A stretch of 64,000 nt of DNA from the human T2T-CHM13v2.0 reference genome, Homo sapiens, in assembly GCF_009914755.1 (NCBI RefSeq), contig NC_060942.1, one strand, 5' to 3'. The number at the start of each line of letters is the position of its first letter. Within the stretch, counting starts at the first letter, position 1. The notes under the pieces were generated by a model, which was not told where the DNA came from, ran no database searches, and saw nothing but the letters and a program-made list of their open reading frames with translations. Positions 11,501-26,263 of this stretch are shown piece by piece. The position numbers and the translations under genes are program-made.

Positions 11501-14500
11501 GCATTCAAGTCACAGAATTGAACATTCCCTTTCATAGAGCAGGTTTGAAACACTCTTTTTGTAGTGTGTGTAAGTGGACATTTGGAGCGCTTTCCGGCCT
11601 AAGGTGAAAAAGGAAATATCTTCCCATAAAAACTAGACAGAAGCATTCTCAGAAACTTACTCGTGATGTGTGTCCTCAACTAAAGGAGTAGAACCTTTCT
11701 ATTCATAGAGAAGTTTTGAAACGCTCTTTTTGTGGAATCTCCAAGTGGATATTTGGCTAGTTTTGAGGATTTCGTTGGAAGTGGGAATTCATACAAATTG
11801 CAGACTGCAGCGTTCTGAGAAACATCTTTGAAATGTTTGTATTCAAGACACAGAGATGAACATTCCCTATCATAGAGCAGGTTGGAATCACTCCTTTTGT
11901 AGTATCTGGAAGTGGACATTTGGAGCGCTTTCAGGCCTATGTTGAAAAAGGAAATATCTTCCCATAACAACTAGACACAAGCATTCTGAGAAACTTGTTT
12001 GTGATGTGTGCCCTCTACTGACAGAGTTGAACCTTTCTTTTCATAGAGCAGTTTTGAAACACTCTTTTTGTAGAATCTGCAAGAAGATATTTGCATAGAT
12101 TTGAGGATTTCGTGGGAAACGGGATTGTCTTCAGGTAAAATCTAGACAGAAGCATTCTCAGAAACTTCTTTGGGATGTTTGCATTCAAGTCACAGAGTAG
12201 AACATTCCCTTTGGTAGAGTAGGTTTGAAACACTGTTTTTGTAGTATCTGGAAGTGGACATTTGGAGCGCTTTCAGGCCCATGTTGGAAAGGGAAATATC
12301 TTCCCGTAACAACTAGGCAGAAGCATTCTCAGAAACTTATTTGAGATGCGTGGACTCAACTAAGAGAATTGAACCACCGTTTTGAAGGAGCAGTTTTGAA
12401 ACACTCTTTTTCTGGAATCTGAAAGAGTATATTTGCCTAGCCTTGAGAATTTCGTTGGAAACGGGATTGTCTTCAGATAAAATCTAGACAGAAGCATTCT
12501 CAGAAACTTCTTTGGGATGTTTGCATTCAAGTCACAGAGTAGAACATTCCCTTTGGTAGAGCAGGTTTGAAACACTCTTTTTTTAGTATATGGAAGTGGA
12601 CATTTGGAGCGCTTTCAGGCCTACGTTGGAAAAGGAAATATCTTCCCATAACAACTAGACAGAAGCATTCTCAGAAACTAGTTTCTGATGTGTGTCCTCA
12701 ACTAACACAGTTGTACATTTCTTTAGACAGAACAGTTTTGAAACACTCTTTTTGTGGAATCTGCAAGTGGATATTGGGCTAGATTTGAGGATTTCGTTGG
12801 AAACGGGATTACATATAAAAAGCAGTCAGCAGCATTCTCAGAAAGTTCTTTGTGATGATTGCATTCAAGTCACAGAATTGAACATTCCCTTTCATAGAGC
12901 AGGTTTGAAACACTCTTTTTGTAGTGTGTGTAAGTGGACATTTGGAGCGCTTTCCGGCCTAAGGTGAAAAAGGACATATCTTCCCATAAAAACTAGACAG
13001 AAGCATTCTCAGAAACTTACTCGTGATGTGTGTCCTCAACTAAAGGAGTAGAACCTTTCTATTCATAGAGAAGTTTTGAAACGCTCTTTTTGTGGAATCT
13101 CCAAGTGGATATTTGGCTAGTTTTGAGGATTTCGTTGGAAGCGGGAATTCATACAAATTGCAGACTGCAGCGTTCTGAGAAACATCTTTGTGATGTTTGT
13201 ATTCAGGACACAGAGATGAACATTCCCTATCATAGAGCAGGTTGGAATCACTCCTTTTGTAGTATCTGGAAGTGGACATTTGGAGCGCTTTCAGGCCTAT
13301 GTTGAAAAAGGAAATATCTTCCCATAACAACTAGACACAAGCATTCTCAGAAACTTGTTTGTGATGTGTGCCCTCTACTGACAGAGTTGAACCTTTCTTT
13401 TCATAGAGCAGTTTTGAAACACTCTTTTTGTAGAATCCGCAAGAGGATATTTGCATAGCTTTGAGGATTTCGTGGGAAACGGGATTGTCTTCAGGTAAAA
13501 TCTAGACAGAAGCATTCTCAGAAACTTCTTTGGGATGTTTGCATTCAAGTCACAGAGTAGAACATTCCCTTTGGTAGAGCAGGTTTGAAACACTCTTTTT
13601 GTAGTATCTGGAAGTGGACATTTGGAGCGCTTTCAGGCCCATGTTGGAAAGGGAAATATCTTCCCGTAACAACTAGGCAGAAGCATTCTCAGAAACTTAT
13701 TTGAGATGTGTGTACTCAACTAAGAGAATTGAACCACCGTTTTGAAGGAGCAGTTTTGAAACCCTCTTTTTCTGGAATCTGCAAGAGTATATTTGCCTAG
13801 CCTTGAGGATTTCGTTGGAAACGGGATTGTCTTCAGATAAAATCTAGACAGAAGCATTCTCAGAAACTTCTTTGGGATGTTTGCATTCAAGTCACAGAGT
13901 AGAACATTCCCTTTGGTAGAGCAGGTTTGAAACACTCTTTTTTTAGTATATGGTAGTGGACATTTGGAGCGCTTTCAGGCCTACGTTGGAAAAGGAAATA
14001 TCTTCCCATAACAACTAGACAGAAGCATTCTCAGAAACTAGTTTCTGATGTGTGTCCTCAACTAACACAGTTGTACATTTCTTTATACAGAACAGTTTTG
14101 AAACACTCTTTTTGTGGAATCTGCAAGTGGATATTGGGCTAGATTTGAGGATTTCGTTGGAAACGGGATTACATATAAAAAGCAGACAGCAGCATTCTCA
14201 GAAAGTTCTTTGTGATGATTGCATTCAAGTCACAGAATTGAACATTCCCTTTCACAGAGCAGGTTTGAAACACTCTTTTTGTAGTGTGTGTAAGTGGACA
14301 TTTGGAGCGCTTTCCGGCCTAAGGTGAAAAAGGAAATATCTTCCCATAAAAACTAGACAGAAGCATTCTCAGAAACTTACTCGTGATGTGTGTCCTCAAC
14401 TAAAGGAGTAGAACCTTTCTATTCATAGAGAAGTTTTGAAACGCTCTTTTTGTGGAATCTCCAAGTGGATATTTGGCTAGTTTTGAGGATTTCGTTGGAA

Positions 14501-17500
14501 GCGGGAATTCATACAAATTGCAGACTGCAGCGTTCTGAGAAACATCTTTGTGATGTTTGTATTCAGGACACAGAGATGAACATTCCCTATCATAGAGCAG
14601 GTTGGAATCACTCCTTTTGTAGTATCTGGAAGTGGACATTTGGAGCGCTTTCAGGCCTATGTTGAAAAAGGAAATATCTTCCCATAACAACTAGACCCAA
14701 GCATTCTCAGAAACTTGTTTGTGATGTGTGCCCTCTACTGACAGAGTTGAACCTTTCTTTTCATAGAGCAGTTTTGAAACACTCTTTTTGTAGAATCCGC
14801 AAGAGGATATTTGCATAGCTTTGAGGATTTCGTGGGAAACGGGATTGTCTTCAGGTAAAATCTAGACAGAAGCATTCTCAGAAACTTCTTTGGGATGTTT
14901 GCATTCAAGTCACAGAGTAGAACATTCCCTTTGGTAGAGCAGGTTTGAAACACTCTTTTTGTAGTATCTGGAAGTGGACATTTGGAGCGCTTTCAGGCCC
15001 ATGTTGGAAAGGGAAATATCTTCCCGTAACAACTAGGCAGAAGCATTCTCAGAAACTTATTTGAGATGTGTGTACTCAACTAAGAGAACTGAACCACCGT
15101 TTTGAAGGAGCAGTTTTGAAACACTCTTTTTCTGGAATCTGCAAGAGTATATTTGCCTAGCCTTGAGGATTTCGTTGGAAACGGGATTGTCTTCAGAGAA
15201 AATCTAGACAGAAGCATTCTCAGAAACTTCTTTGGGATGTTTGCATTCAAGTCACAGAGTAGAACATTCCCTTTGGTAGAGCAGGTTTGAAACACTCTTT
15301 TTTTAGTATATGGAAGTGGACATTTGGAGCGCTTTCAGGCCTACGTTGGAAAAGGAAATATTTTCCGATAACAACTAGACAGAAGCATTCTCAGAAACTA
15401 GTTTCTGATGTGTGTCCTCAACTAACACAGTTGTACATTTCTTTACACAGAACAGTTTTGAAACACTCTTTTTGTGGAATCTGCAAGTGGATATTGGGCT
15501 AGATTTGAGGATTTCGTTGGAAACGGGATTACATATAAAAAGCAGTCAGCAGCATTCTCAGAAAGTTCTTTGTGATGATTGCATTCAAGTCACAGAATTG
15601 AACATTCCCTTTCACAGAGCAGGTTTGAAACACTCTTTTTGTAGTGTGTGTAAGTGGACATTTGGAGCGCTTTCCGGCCTAAGGTGAAAAAGGACATATC
15701 TTCCCATAAAAACTAGACAGAAGCATTCTCAGAAACTTACTCGTGATGTGTGTCCTCAACTAAAGGAGTAGAACCTTTCTATTCATAGAGAAGTTTTGAA
15801 ACGCTCTTTTTGTGGAATCTCCAAGTGGATATTTGGCTAGTGTTGAGGATTTCGTAGGAAGCGGGAATTCATACAAATTGCAGACTGCAGCGTTCTGAGA
15901 AACATCTTTGTGATGTTTGTATTCAGGACACAGAGATGAACATTCCCTATCATAGAGCAGGTTGGAATCACTCCTTTTGTAGTATCTGGAAGTGGACATT
16001 TGGAACGCTTTCAGGCCTATGTTGAAAAAGGAAATATCTTCCCATAACAACTAGACACAAGCATTCTCAGAAACTTGTTTGTGATGTGTGCCCTCTACTG
16101 ACAGAGTTGAACCTTTCTTTTCATAGAGCAGTTTTGAAACACTCTTTTTGTAGAATCTGCAAGAGGATATTTGCATAGCTTTGAGGATTTCGTGGGAAAC
16201 GGGATTGTCTTCAGGTAAAATCTAGACAGAAGCATTCTCAGAAACTTCTTTGGGATGTTTGCATTCAAGTCACAGAGTAGAACATTCCCTTTGGTAGAGT
16301 AGGTTTGAAACACTCTTTTTGTAGTATCTGGAAGTGGACATTTGGAGCGCTTTCAGGCCCATGTTGGAAAGGGAAATATCTTCCCGTAACAACTAGGCAG
16401 AAGCATTCTCAGAAACTTATTTGAGATGTGTGTACTCAACTAAGAGAATTGAAAACCGTTTTGAAGGAGCAGTTTTGAAACACTCTTTTTCTGGAATCTG
16501 AAAGAGTATATTTGCCTAGCCTTGAGGATTTCGTTGGAAACGGGATTGTCTTCAGATAAAATCTAGACAGAAGCATTCTCAGAAACTTCTTTGCGATGTT
16601 TGCATTCAAGTCACAGAGTAGAACATTCCCTTTGGTAGAGCAGGTTTGAAACACTCTTTTTTTAGTATATGGAAGTGGACATTTGGAGCGCTTTCAGGCC
16701 TACGTTGGAAAAGGAAATATCTTCCGATAACAACTAGACAGAAGCATTCTCAGAAACTAGTTTCTGATGTGTGTCCTCAACTAACACAGTTGTACATTTC
16801 TTTACACAGAACAGTTTTGAAACACTCTTTTTGTGGAATCTGCAAGTGGATATTGGGCTAGATTTGAGGATTTCGTTGTAAACGGGATTACATATAAAAA
16901 GCAGTCAGCAGCATTCTCAGAAAGTTCTTTGTGATGATTGCATTCAAGTCACAGAATTGAACATTCCCTTTCACAGAGCAGGTTTGAAACACTCTTTTTG
17001 TAGTGTGTGTAAGTGGACATGTGGAGCGCTTTCTGGCCTAAGGTGAAAAAGGACATATCTTCCCATAAAAACTAGACAGAAGCATTCTCAGAAACTTACT
17101 CGTGATGTGTGTCCTCAACTAAAGGAGTAGAACCTTTCTATTCATAGAGAAGTTTTCAAACGCTCTTTTTGTGGAATCTCCAAGTGGATATTTGGCTAGT
17201 GTTGAGGATTTCGTAGGAAGCGGGAATTCATACAAATTGCAGACTGCAGCGTTCTGAGAAACATCTTTGTGATGTTTGTATTCAGGACACAGAGATGAAC
17301 ATTCCCTATCATAGAGCAGGTTGGAATCACTCCTTTTGTAGTATCTGGAAGTGGACATTTGGAGCGCTTTCAGGCCTATGTTGAAAAAGGAAATATCTTC
17401 CCATAACAACTAGACACAAGCATTCTCAGAAACTTGTTTGTGATGTGTGCCCTCTACTGACAGAGTTGAACCTTTCTTTTCATAGAGCAGTTTTGAAACA

Positions 17501-20500
17501 CTCTTTTTGTAGAATCTGCAAGAGGATATTTGCATAGCTTTGAGGATTTCGTGGGAAACGGGATTGTCTTCAGGTAAAATCTAGACAGAAGCATTCTCAG
17601 AAACTTCTTTGGGATGTTTGCATTCAAGTCACAGAGTAGAACATTCCCTTTGGTAGAGTAGGTTTGAAACACTCTTTTTGTAGTATCTGGAAGTGGACAT
17701 TTGGAGCGCTTTCAGGCCCATGTTGGAAAGGGAAATATCTTCCCGTAACAACTAGGCAGAAGCATTCTCAGAAACTTATTTGAGATGTGTGTACTCAACT
17801 AAGAGAATTGAACCACCGTTTTGAAGGAGCAGTTTTGAAACACTCTTTTTCTGGAATCTGCAAGAGTATATTTGCCTAGCCTTGAGGATTTCGTTGGAAA
17901 CGGGATTGTCTTCAGATAAAATCTAGACAGAAGCATTCTCAGAAACTTCTTTGGGATGTTTGCATTCAAGTCACAGAGTAGAACATTCCCTTTGGTAGAG
18001 CAGGTTTGAAACACTCTTTTTTTAGTATATGGAAGTGGACATTTGGAGCGCTTTCAGGCCTACGTTGGAAAAGGAAATATCTTCCCATAACAACTAGACA
18101 GAAGCATTCTCAGAAACTAGTTTCTGATGTGTGTCCTCAACTAACACAGTTGTACATTTCTTTAGACAGAACAGTTTTGAAACACTCTTTTTGTGGAATC
18201 TGCAAGTGGATATTGGGCTAGATTTGAGGATTTCGTTGGAAACGGGATTACATATAAAAAGCAGTCAGCAGCATTCTCAGAAAGTTCTTTGTGATGATTG
18301 CATTCAAGTCACAGAATTGAACATTCCCTTTCACAGAGCAGGTTTGAAACACTCTTTTTGTAGTGTGTGTAAGTGGACATTTGGAGTGCTTTCCGGCCTA
18401 AGGTGAAAAAGGACATATCTTCCCATAAAAACTAGACAGAAGCATTCTCAGAAACTTACTCGTGATGTGTGTCCTCAACTAAAGGAGTAGAACCTTTCTA
18501 TTCATAGAGAAGTTTTGAAACGCTCTTTTTGTGGAATCTCCAAGTGGATATTTGGCTAGTTTTGAGGATTTCGTTGGAAGCGGGAATTCATACAAATTGC
18601 AGACTGCAGCGTTCTGAGAAACATCTTTGTGATGTTTGTATTCAAGACACAGAGATGAACATTCCCTATCATAGAGCATGTTGGAATCACTCCTTTTGTA
18701 CTATCTGGAAGTGGACATTTGGAGCGCTTTCAGGCCTATGTTGAAAAAGGAAATATCTTCCCATAACAACTAGACACAAGCGTTCTCAGAAACTTGTTTG
18801 TGATGTGTGCCCTCTACTGACAGAGTTGAACCTTTCTTTTCATAGAGCAGTTTTGAAACACTCTTTTTGTAGAATCCGCAAGAGGATATTTGCATAGCTT
18901 TGAGGATTTCGTGGGAAACGGGATTGTCTTCAGGTAAAATCTAGACAGAAGCATTCTCAGAAACTTCTTTGGGATGTTTGCATTCAAGTCACAGAGTAGA
19001 ACATTCCCTTTGGTAGAGCAGGTTTGAAACACTCTTTTTGTAGTATCTGGAAGTGGACATTTGGAGCGCTTTCAGGCCCATGTTGGAAAGGGAAATATCT
19101 TCCCGTAACAACTAGGCAGAAGCATTCTCAGAAACTTATTTGAGATGTGTGTACTCAACTAAGAGAATTGAACCACCGTTTTGAAGGAGCAGTTTTGAAA
19201 CACTCTTTTTCTGGAATCTGCAAGAGTATATTTGCCTAGCCTTGAGGATTTCGTTGGAAACGGGATTGTCTTCAGATAAAATCTAGACAGAAGCATTCTC
19301 AGAAACTTCTTTGGGATGTTTGCATTCAAGTCACAGAGTAGAACATTCCCTTTGGTAGAGCAGGTTTGAAACACTCTTTTTTTAGTATATGGAAGTGGAC
19401 ATTTGGAGCGCTTTCAGGCCTACGTTGGAAAAGGAAATATCTTCCGATAACAACTAGACAGAAGCATTCTCAGAAACTAGTTTCTGATGTGTGTCCTCAA
19501 CTAACACAGTTGTACATTTCTTTACACAGAACAGTTTTGAAACACTCTTTTTGTGGAATCTGCAAGTGGATATTGGGCTAGATTTGAGGATTTCGTTGGA
19601 AACGGGATTACATATAAAAAGCAGTCAGCAGCATTCTCAGAAAGTTCTTTGTGATGATTACATTCAAGTCACAGAATTGAACATTCCCTTTCGCAGAGCA
19701 GGTTTGAAACCCTCTTTTTGTAGTGTGTGTAAGTGGACATTTGGAGCGCTTTCCGGCCTAAGGTGAAAAAGGACATATCTTCCCATAAAAACTAGACAGA
19801 AGCATTCTCAGAAACTTACTCGTGATGTGTGTCCTCAACTAAAGGAGTAGAACCTTTCTATTCCTAGAGAAGTTTTCAAACGCTCTTTTTGTGGAATCTC
19901 CAAGTGGATATTTGGCTAGTGTTGAGGATTTCGTAGGAAGCGGGAATTCATACAAATTGCAGACTGCAGCGTTCTGAGAAACATCTTTGTGATGTTTGTA
20001 TTCAGGACACAGAGATGAACATTCCCTATCATAGAGCAGGTTGGAATCACTCCTTTTGTAGTATCTGGAAGTGGACATTTGGAGCGCTTTCAGGCCTATG
20101 TTGAAAAAGGAAATATCTTCCCATAACAACTAGACACAAGCATTCTCAGAAACTTGTTTGTGATGTGTGCCCTCTACTGACAGAGTTGAACCTTTCTTTT
20201 CATAGAGCAGTTTTGAAACACTCTTTTTGTAGAATCTGCAAGAGGATATTTGCATAGCTTTGAGGATTTCGTGGGAAACGGGATTGTCTTCAGGTAAAAT
20301 CTAGACAGAAGCATTCTCAGAAACTTCTTTGGGATGTTTGCATTCAACTCACAGAGTAGAACATTCCCTTTGGTAGAGTAGGTTTGAAACACTCTTTTTG
20401 TAGTATCTGGAAGTGGACATTTGGAGCGCTTTCAGGCCCATGTTGGAAAGGGAAATATCTTCCCGTAACAACTAGGCAGAAGCATTCTCAGAAACTTATT

Positions 20501-23500
20501 TGAGATGTGTGTACTCAACTAAGAGAATTGAACCACCGTTTTGAAGGAGCAGTTTTGAAACACTCTTTTTCTGGAATCTGCAAGAGTATATTTGCCTAGC
20601 CTTGAGGATTTCGTTGGAAACGGGATTGTCTTCAGATAAAATCTAGACAGAAGCATTCTCAGAAACTTCTTTGGGATGTTTGCATTCAAGTCACAGAGTA
20701 GAACATTCCCTTTGGTAGAGCAGGTTTGAAACACTCTTTTTTTAGTATATGGAAGTGGACATTTGGAGCGCTTTCAGGCCTACGTTGGAAAAGGAAATAT
20801 CTTCCCATAACAACTAGACAGAAGCATTCTCAGAAACTAGTTTCTGATGTGTGTCCTCAACTAACACAGTTGTACATTTCTTTAGACAGAATAGTTTTGA
20901 AACACTCTTTTTGTGGAATCTGCAAGTGGATATTGGGCTAGATTTGAGGATTTCGTTGGAAACGGGATTACATATAAAAAGCAGTCAGCAGCATTCTCAG
21001 AAAGTTCTTTGTGATGATTGCATTCAAGTCACAGAATTGAACATTCCCTTTCACAGAGCAGGTTTGAAACACTCTTTTTGTAGTGTGTGTAAGTGGACAT
21101 TTGGAGTGCTTTCTGGCCTAAGGTGAAAAAGGGCATATCTTCCCATAAAAACTAGACAGAAGCATTCTCAGAAACTTACTCGTGATGTGTGTCCTCAACT
21201 AAAGGAGTAGAACCTTTCTATTCATAGAGAAGTTTTGAAACGCTCTTTTTGTGGAATCTCCAAGTGGATATTTGGCTAGTTTTGAGGATTTCGTTGGAAG
21301 CGGGAATTCATCCAAATTGCAGACTGCAGCGTTCTGAGAAACATCTTTGTGATGTTTGTATTCAGGACACAGAGATGAACATTCCCTATCATAGAGCAGG
21401 TTGGAATCACTCCTTTTGTAGTATCTGGAAGTGGACATTTGGAGCGCTTTCAGGCCTATGTTGAAAAAGGAAATATCTTCCCATAACAACTAGACACAAG
21501 CGTTCTCAGAAACTTGTTTGTGATGTGTGCCCTCTACTGACAGAGTTGAACCTTTCTTTTCATAGAGCAGTTTTGAAACACTCTTTTTGTAGAATCCGCA
21601 AGAGGATATTTGCATAGCTTTGAGGATTTCGTGGGAAACGGGATTGTCTTCAGGTAAAATCTAGACAGAAGCATTCTCAGAAACTTCTTTGGGATGTTTG
21701 CATTCAAGTCACAGAGTAGAACATTCCCTTTGGTAGAGCAGGTTTGAAACACTCTTTTTGTAGTATCTGGAAGTGGACATTTGGAGCGCTTTCAGGCCCA
21801 TGTTGGAAAGGGAAATATCTTCCCGTAACAACTAGGCAGAAGCATTCTCAGAAAATTATTTGAGATGTGTGTACTCAACTAAGAGATTTGAACCACTGTT
21901 TTGAAGGAGCAGTTTTGAAACACTCTTTTTCTGGAATCTGCAAGAGTATATTTGCCTAGCCTTGAGGATTTCGTTGGAAACGGGATTGTCTTCAGATGAA
22001 ATCTAGACAGAAGCATTCTCAGAAACTTCTTTGGGATGTTTGCATTCAAGTCACAGAGTAGAACATTCCCTTTGGTAGAGCAGGTTTGAAACACTCTTTT
22101 TTTAGTATATGGAAGTGGACATTTGGAGCGCTTTCAGGCCTACGTTGGAAAAGGAAATATCTTCCCATAACAACTAGACAGAAGCATTCTCAGAAACTAG
22201 TTTCTGATATGTGTCCTCAACTAACACAGTTGAACTTTTCTTTAGACAGAACAGTTTTGAAACACTCTTTTTGTGGAATCTGCAAGTGGATATTGGGCTA
22301 GATTTGAGGATTTCGTTGGAAACGGGATTACATATAAAAAACAGTCAGCAGCATTCTCAGAAAGTTCTTTGTGATGATTGCATTCAAGTCACAGAATTGA
22401 ACATTCCCTTTCACAGAGCAGGTTTGAAACACTCTTTTTGTAGTGTGTGTAAGTGGACATTTGGAGCGCTTTCCGGCCTAAGGTGAAAAAGGACATATCT
22501 TCCCATAAAAACTAGACAGAAGCATTCTCAGAAACTTACTCGTGATGTGTGTCCTCAACTGAAGGTGTAGAACCTTTCTATTCATAGAGAAGTTTTGAAA
22601 CGCTCTTTTTGTGGAATCTCCAAGTGGATATTTGGCTAGTTTTGAGGATTTCGTTGGAAGCGGGAATTCATACAATTTGCAGACTGCAGCGTTCTGAGAA
22701 ACATCTTTGTGATGTTTGTATTCAGGACACAGAGTTGAACATTCCCTATCATAGAGCAGGTTGGAATCACTCCTTTTGTAGTATCTGGAAGTGGACATTT
22801 GGAGCGCTTTCAGGCCTATTTTGAAAAAGGAAATATCTTCCCGTAACAACTATGCAGAAGCATTCTCAGAAACTTGTTTGTGATGTGTGCCCTCTACTGA
22901 CAGAGTTGAACCTTTCTTTTCATAGAGCAGTTTTGAAACACTCTTTTTGTAGAATCTGCAAGAGGATATTTGCATAGCTTTGAGGATTTCGTGGGAAACG
23001 GGATTGTCTTCAGGTAAAATCTAGACAGAAGCATTCTCAGAAACTTCTTTGGGATGTTTGCATTCAAGTCACAGAGTAGAACATTCCCTTTGGTAGAGCA
23101 GGTTTGAAACACTCTTTTTGTAGTATCTGGAAGTGGACATTTGGAGCGCTTTCAGGCCCATGTTGGAAAGGGAAATATCTTCCCGTAACAACTAGGCAGA
23201 AGCATTCTCAGAAACTTATTTGAGATGTGTGTACTCAACTAAGAGAATTGAACCACCCTTTTGAAGGAGCAGTTTTGAAACACTCTTTTTCTGGAATCTG
23301 CAAGAGTATATTTGCCTAGCCTTGAGGATTTCGTTGGAAACGGGATTGTCTTCAGATAAAATCTAGACAGAAGCATTCTCAGAAACTTCTTTGGGATGTT
23401 TGAATTCAAGTCACAGAGTAGAACATTCCCTTTGGTAGAGCAGGTTTGAAACACTCTTTTTTTAGTATATGGAAGTGGACATTTTGATCGCTTTCAGGCC

Positions 23501-26263
23501 TACGTTGGAAAAGGAAATATCTTCCCATAACAACTAGACAGAAGCATTCTCAGAAACTAGTTTCTGATGTGTGTCCTCAACTAACACAGTTGAACATTTC
23601 TTTAGACGGAACAGTTTTGAAACACTCTTTTTGTGGAATCTGCAAGTGGCTATTTGGCTAGATTTGAGGATTTCTTTGGAAACGGGATTACATATAAAAA
23701 GCAGTCAGCAGCATTCTCAGAAAGTTCTTTGTGATGATTGCATTCAAGTCACAGAATTGAACATTCCCTTTCACAGAGCAGGTTTGAAACACTCTTTTTG
23801 TAGTGTGTGTAAGTGGACATTTGGAGCACTTACCGGCCTAAGGTGAAAAAGGAAATATCTTCCCATAAAAACTAGACAGAAGCATTCTCAGAAACTTACT
23901 CGTGATGTGTGTCCTCAACTAAAGGAGTAGAACCTTTCTATTCATAGAGAAGTTTGAAACGCTCTTTTTGTGGAATCTCCAAGTGGATATTTGGCTAGTT
24001 TTGAGGATTTCGTTGGAAGCGGGAATTCATACAAATTGCAGACTGCAGCGTTCTGAGAAACATCTTTGTGATGTTTGTATTCAAGACACAGAGATGAACA
24101 TTCCCTATCATAGAGCAGGTTGGAATCACTCCTTTTGTAGTATCTGGAAGTGGACATTTGGAGCGCTTTCAGGCCTATGTTGAAAAAGGAAATATCTTCC
24201 CATAACAACTAGACAGAAGCATTCTCAGAAACTTGTTTGTGATGTGTGCCCTCTGCTGACAGAGTTGAACCTTTCTTTTCATAGAGCAGTTTTGAAACAC
24301 TCTTTTTGTAGAATCCGCAAGAGGATATTTGCATAGCTTTGAGGATTTCGTGGGAAATGGGATTGTCTTCAGGTAAAATCTAGACAGAAGCATTCTCAGA
24401 AACTTCTTTGGGATGTTTGCATTCAAGTCACAGAGTAGAACATTCCCTTTGGTAGAGCAGGTTTGAAACACTCTTTTTGTAGTATCTGGAAGTGGACATT
24501 TGGAGCGCTTTCAGGCCCATGTTGGAAAGGGAAATATCTTCCCGTAACAACTAGGCAGAAGCATTCTCAGAAACTTATTTGAGATGTGTGTACTCAACGA
24601 AGAGAATTGAACCACCGTTTTGAAGGAGCAGTTTTGAAACCCTCTTTTTCTGGAATCTGAAAGAGTATATTTGCCTAGCCTTGAGGATTTCGTTGGAAAC
24701 GGGATTGTCTTCAGATAAAATCTAGACAGAAGCATTCTCAGAAACTTCTTTGGGATGTTTGCATTCAAGTCACAGAGTAGAACATTCCCTTTGGTAGAGC
24801 AGGTTTGAAACACTCTTTTTTTAGTATATGGAAGTGGACATTTGGAGCGCTTTCAGGCCTACTTTGGAAAAGGAAATATCTTCCCATAACAACTAGACAG
24901 AAGCATTCTCAGAAACTAGTTTCTGATGTGTGTCCTCAACTAACACAGTTGTACATTTCTTTAGACAGAACAGTTTTGAAACACTCTTTTTGTGGAATCT
25001 GCAAGTGGATATTGGGCTAGATTTGAGGATTTCGTTGGAAACGGGATTACATATAAAAAGCAGTCAGCAGCATTCTCAGAAAGTTCTTTGTGATGATTGC
25101 ATTCAAGTCACAGAATTGAACATTCCCTTTCACAGAGGAGGTTTGAAACACTCTTTTTGTAGTGTGTGTAAGTGGACATTTGGAGCGCTTTCCGGCCTAA
25201 GGTGAAAAAGGACATATCTTCCCATAAAAACTAGACAGAAGCATTCTCAGAAACTTACTCGTGATGTGTGTCCTCAACTAAAGGAGTAGAACCTTTCTAT
25301 TCATAGAGAAGTTTTGAAACGCTCTTTTTGTGGAATCTCCAAGTGGATATTTGGCTAGTTTTGAGGATTTCGTTGGAAGCGGGAATTCATACAAATTGCA
25401 GACTGCAGCGTTCTGAGAAACATCTTTGTGATGTTTGTATTCAGGACACAGAGTTGAACATTCCCTATCATAGAGCAGGTTGGAATCACTCCTTTTGTAG
25501 TATCTGGAAGTGGACATTTGGAGCGCTTTCAGGCCTATTTTGGAAAGGGAAATATCTTCCCGTAACAACTATGCAGAAGCATTCTCAGAAACTTGTTTGT
25601 GATGTGTGCCCTCTACTGACAGATTTGAACCTTTCTTTTCATAGAGCAGTTTTGAAACACTCTTTTTGTAGAATCTGCAAGAGGATATTTGCATAGCTTT
25701 GAGGATTTCGTGGGAAACTGGATTGTCTTCAGGTAAAATCTAGACAGAAGCATTCTCAGAAACTTCTTTGGGATGTTTGCATTCAAGTCACAGAGTAGAA
25801 CATTCCCTTTGGTAGAGCAGGTTTGAAACACTCTTTTTGTAGTATCTGGAAGTGGACATTTGGAGCGCTTTCAGGCCCATGTTGGAAAGGGAAATATCTT
25901 CCCGTAACAACTAGGCAGAAGCATTCTCAGAAACTTATTTGAGATGTGTGTACTCAACTAAGAGAATTGAACCACCGTTTTGAAGGAGCAGTTTTGAAAC
26001 ACTCTTTTTCTGGAATCTGCAAGAGTATATTTGCCTAGCCTTGAGGATTTCGTTGGAAACGGGATTGTCTTCAGATCAAATCTAGACAGAAGCATTCTCA
26101 GAAACTTCTTTGGGATGTTTGCATTCAAGTCACAGAGTAGAACATTCCCTTTGGTAGAGCAGGTTTGAAACACTCTTTTTTTAGTATATGGAAGTGGACA
26201 TTTGGAGCGCTTTCAGGCCTACGTTGGAAAAGGAAATATCTTCCCATAACAACTAGACAGAAG
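5527..26263 (+). repeat. 8-mer HOR block 1 (1360-bp period; 14 8-mers plus one 10-mer)
   Basis: Dimer-E anchors are at 5553, 6913, 8272, 9630, 11332, 12692, 14052, 15412, ~16771, 18131, 19491, 20851, 22211, 23571, 24930 and 26290. Dimer A is absent. Most units carry the GATATTGGGC and ATCTCCAAG variants. Confidence 0.93.
9604..11305 (+). repeat. 10-mer HOR structural variant (1702 bp) with an extra D-like dimer at 10622-10963
   Basis: Anchor spacing 9630 to 11332 is 1702 = 1360+342. Two consecutive TTATTTGAGATG...GATTGTCTTCA monomers lie 342 bp apart. Confidence 0.92.
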
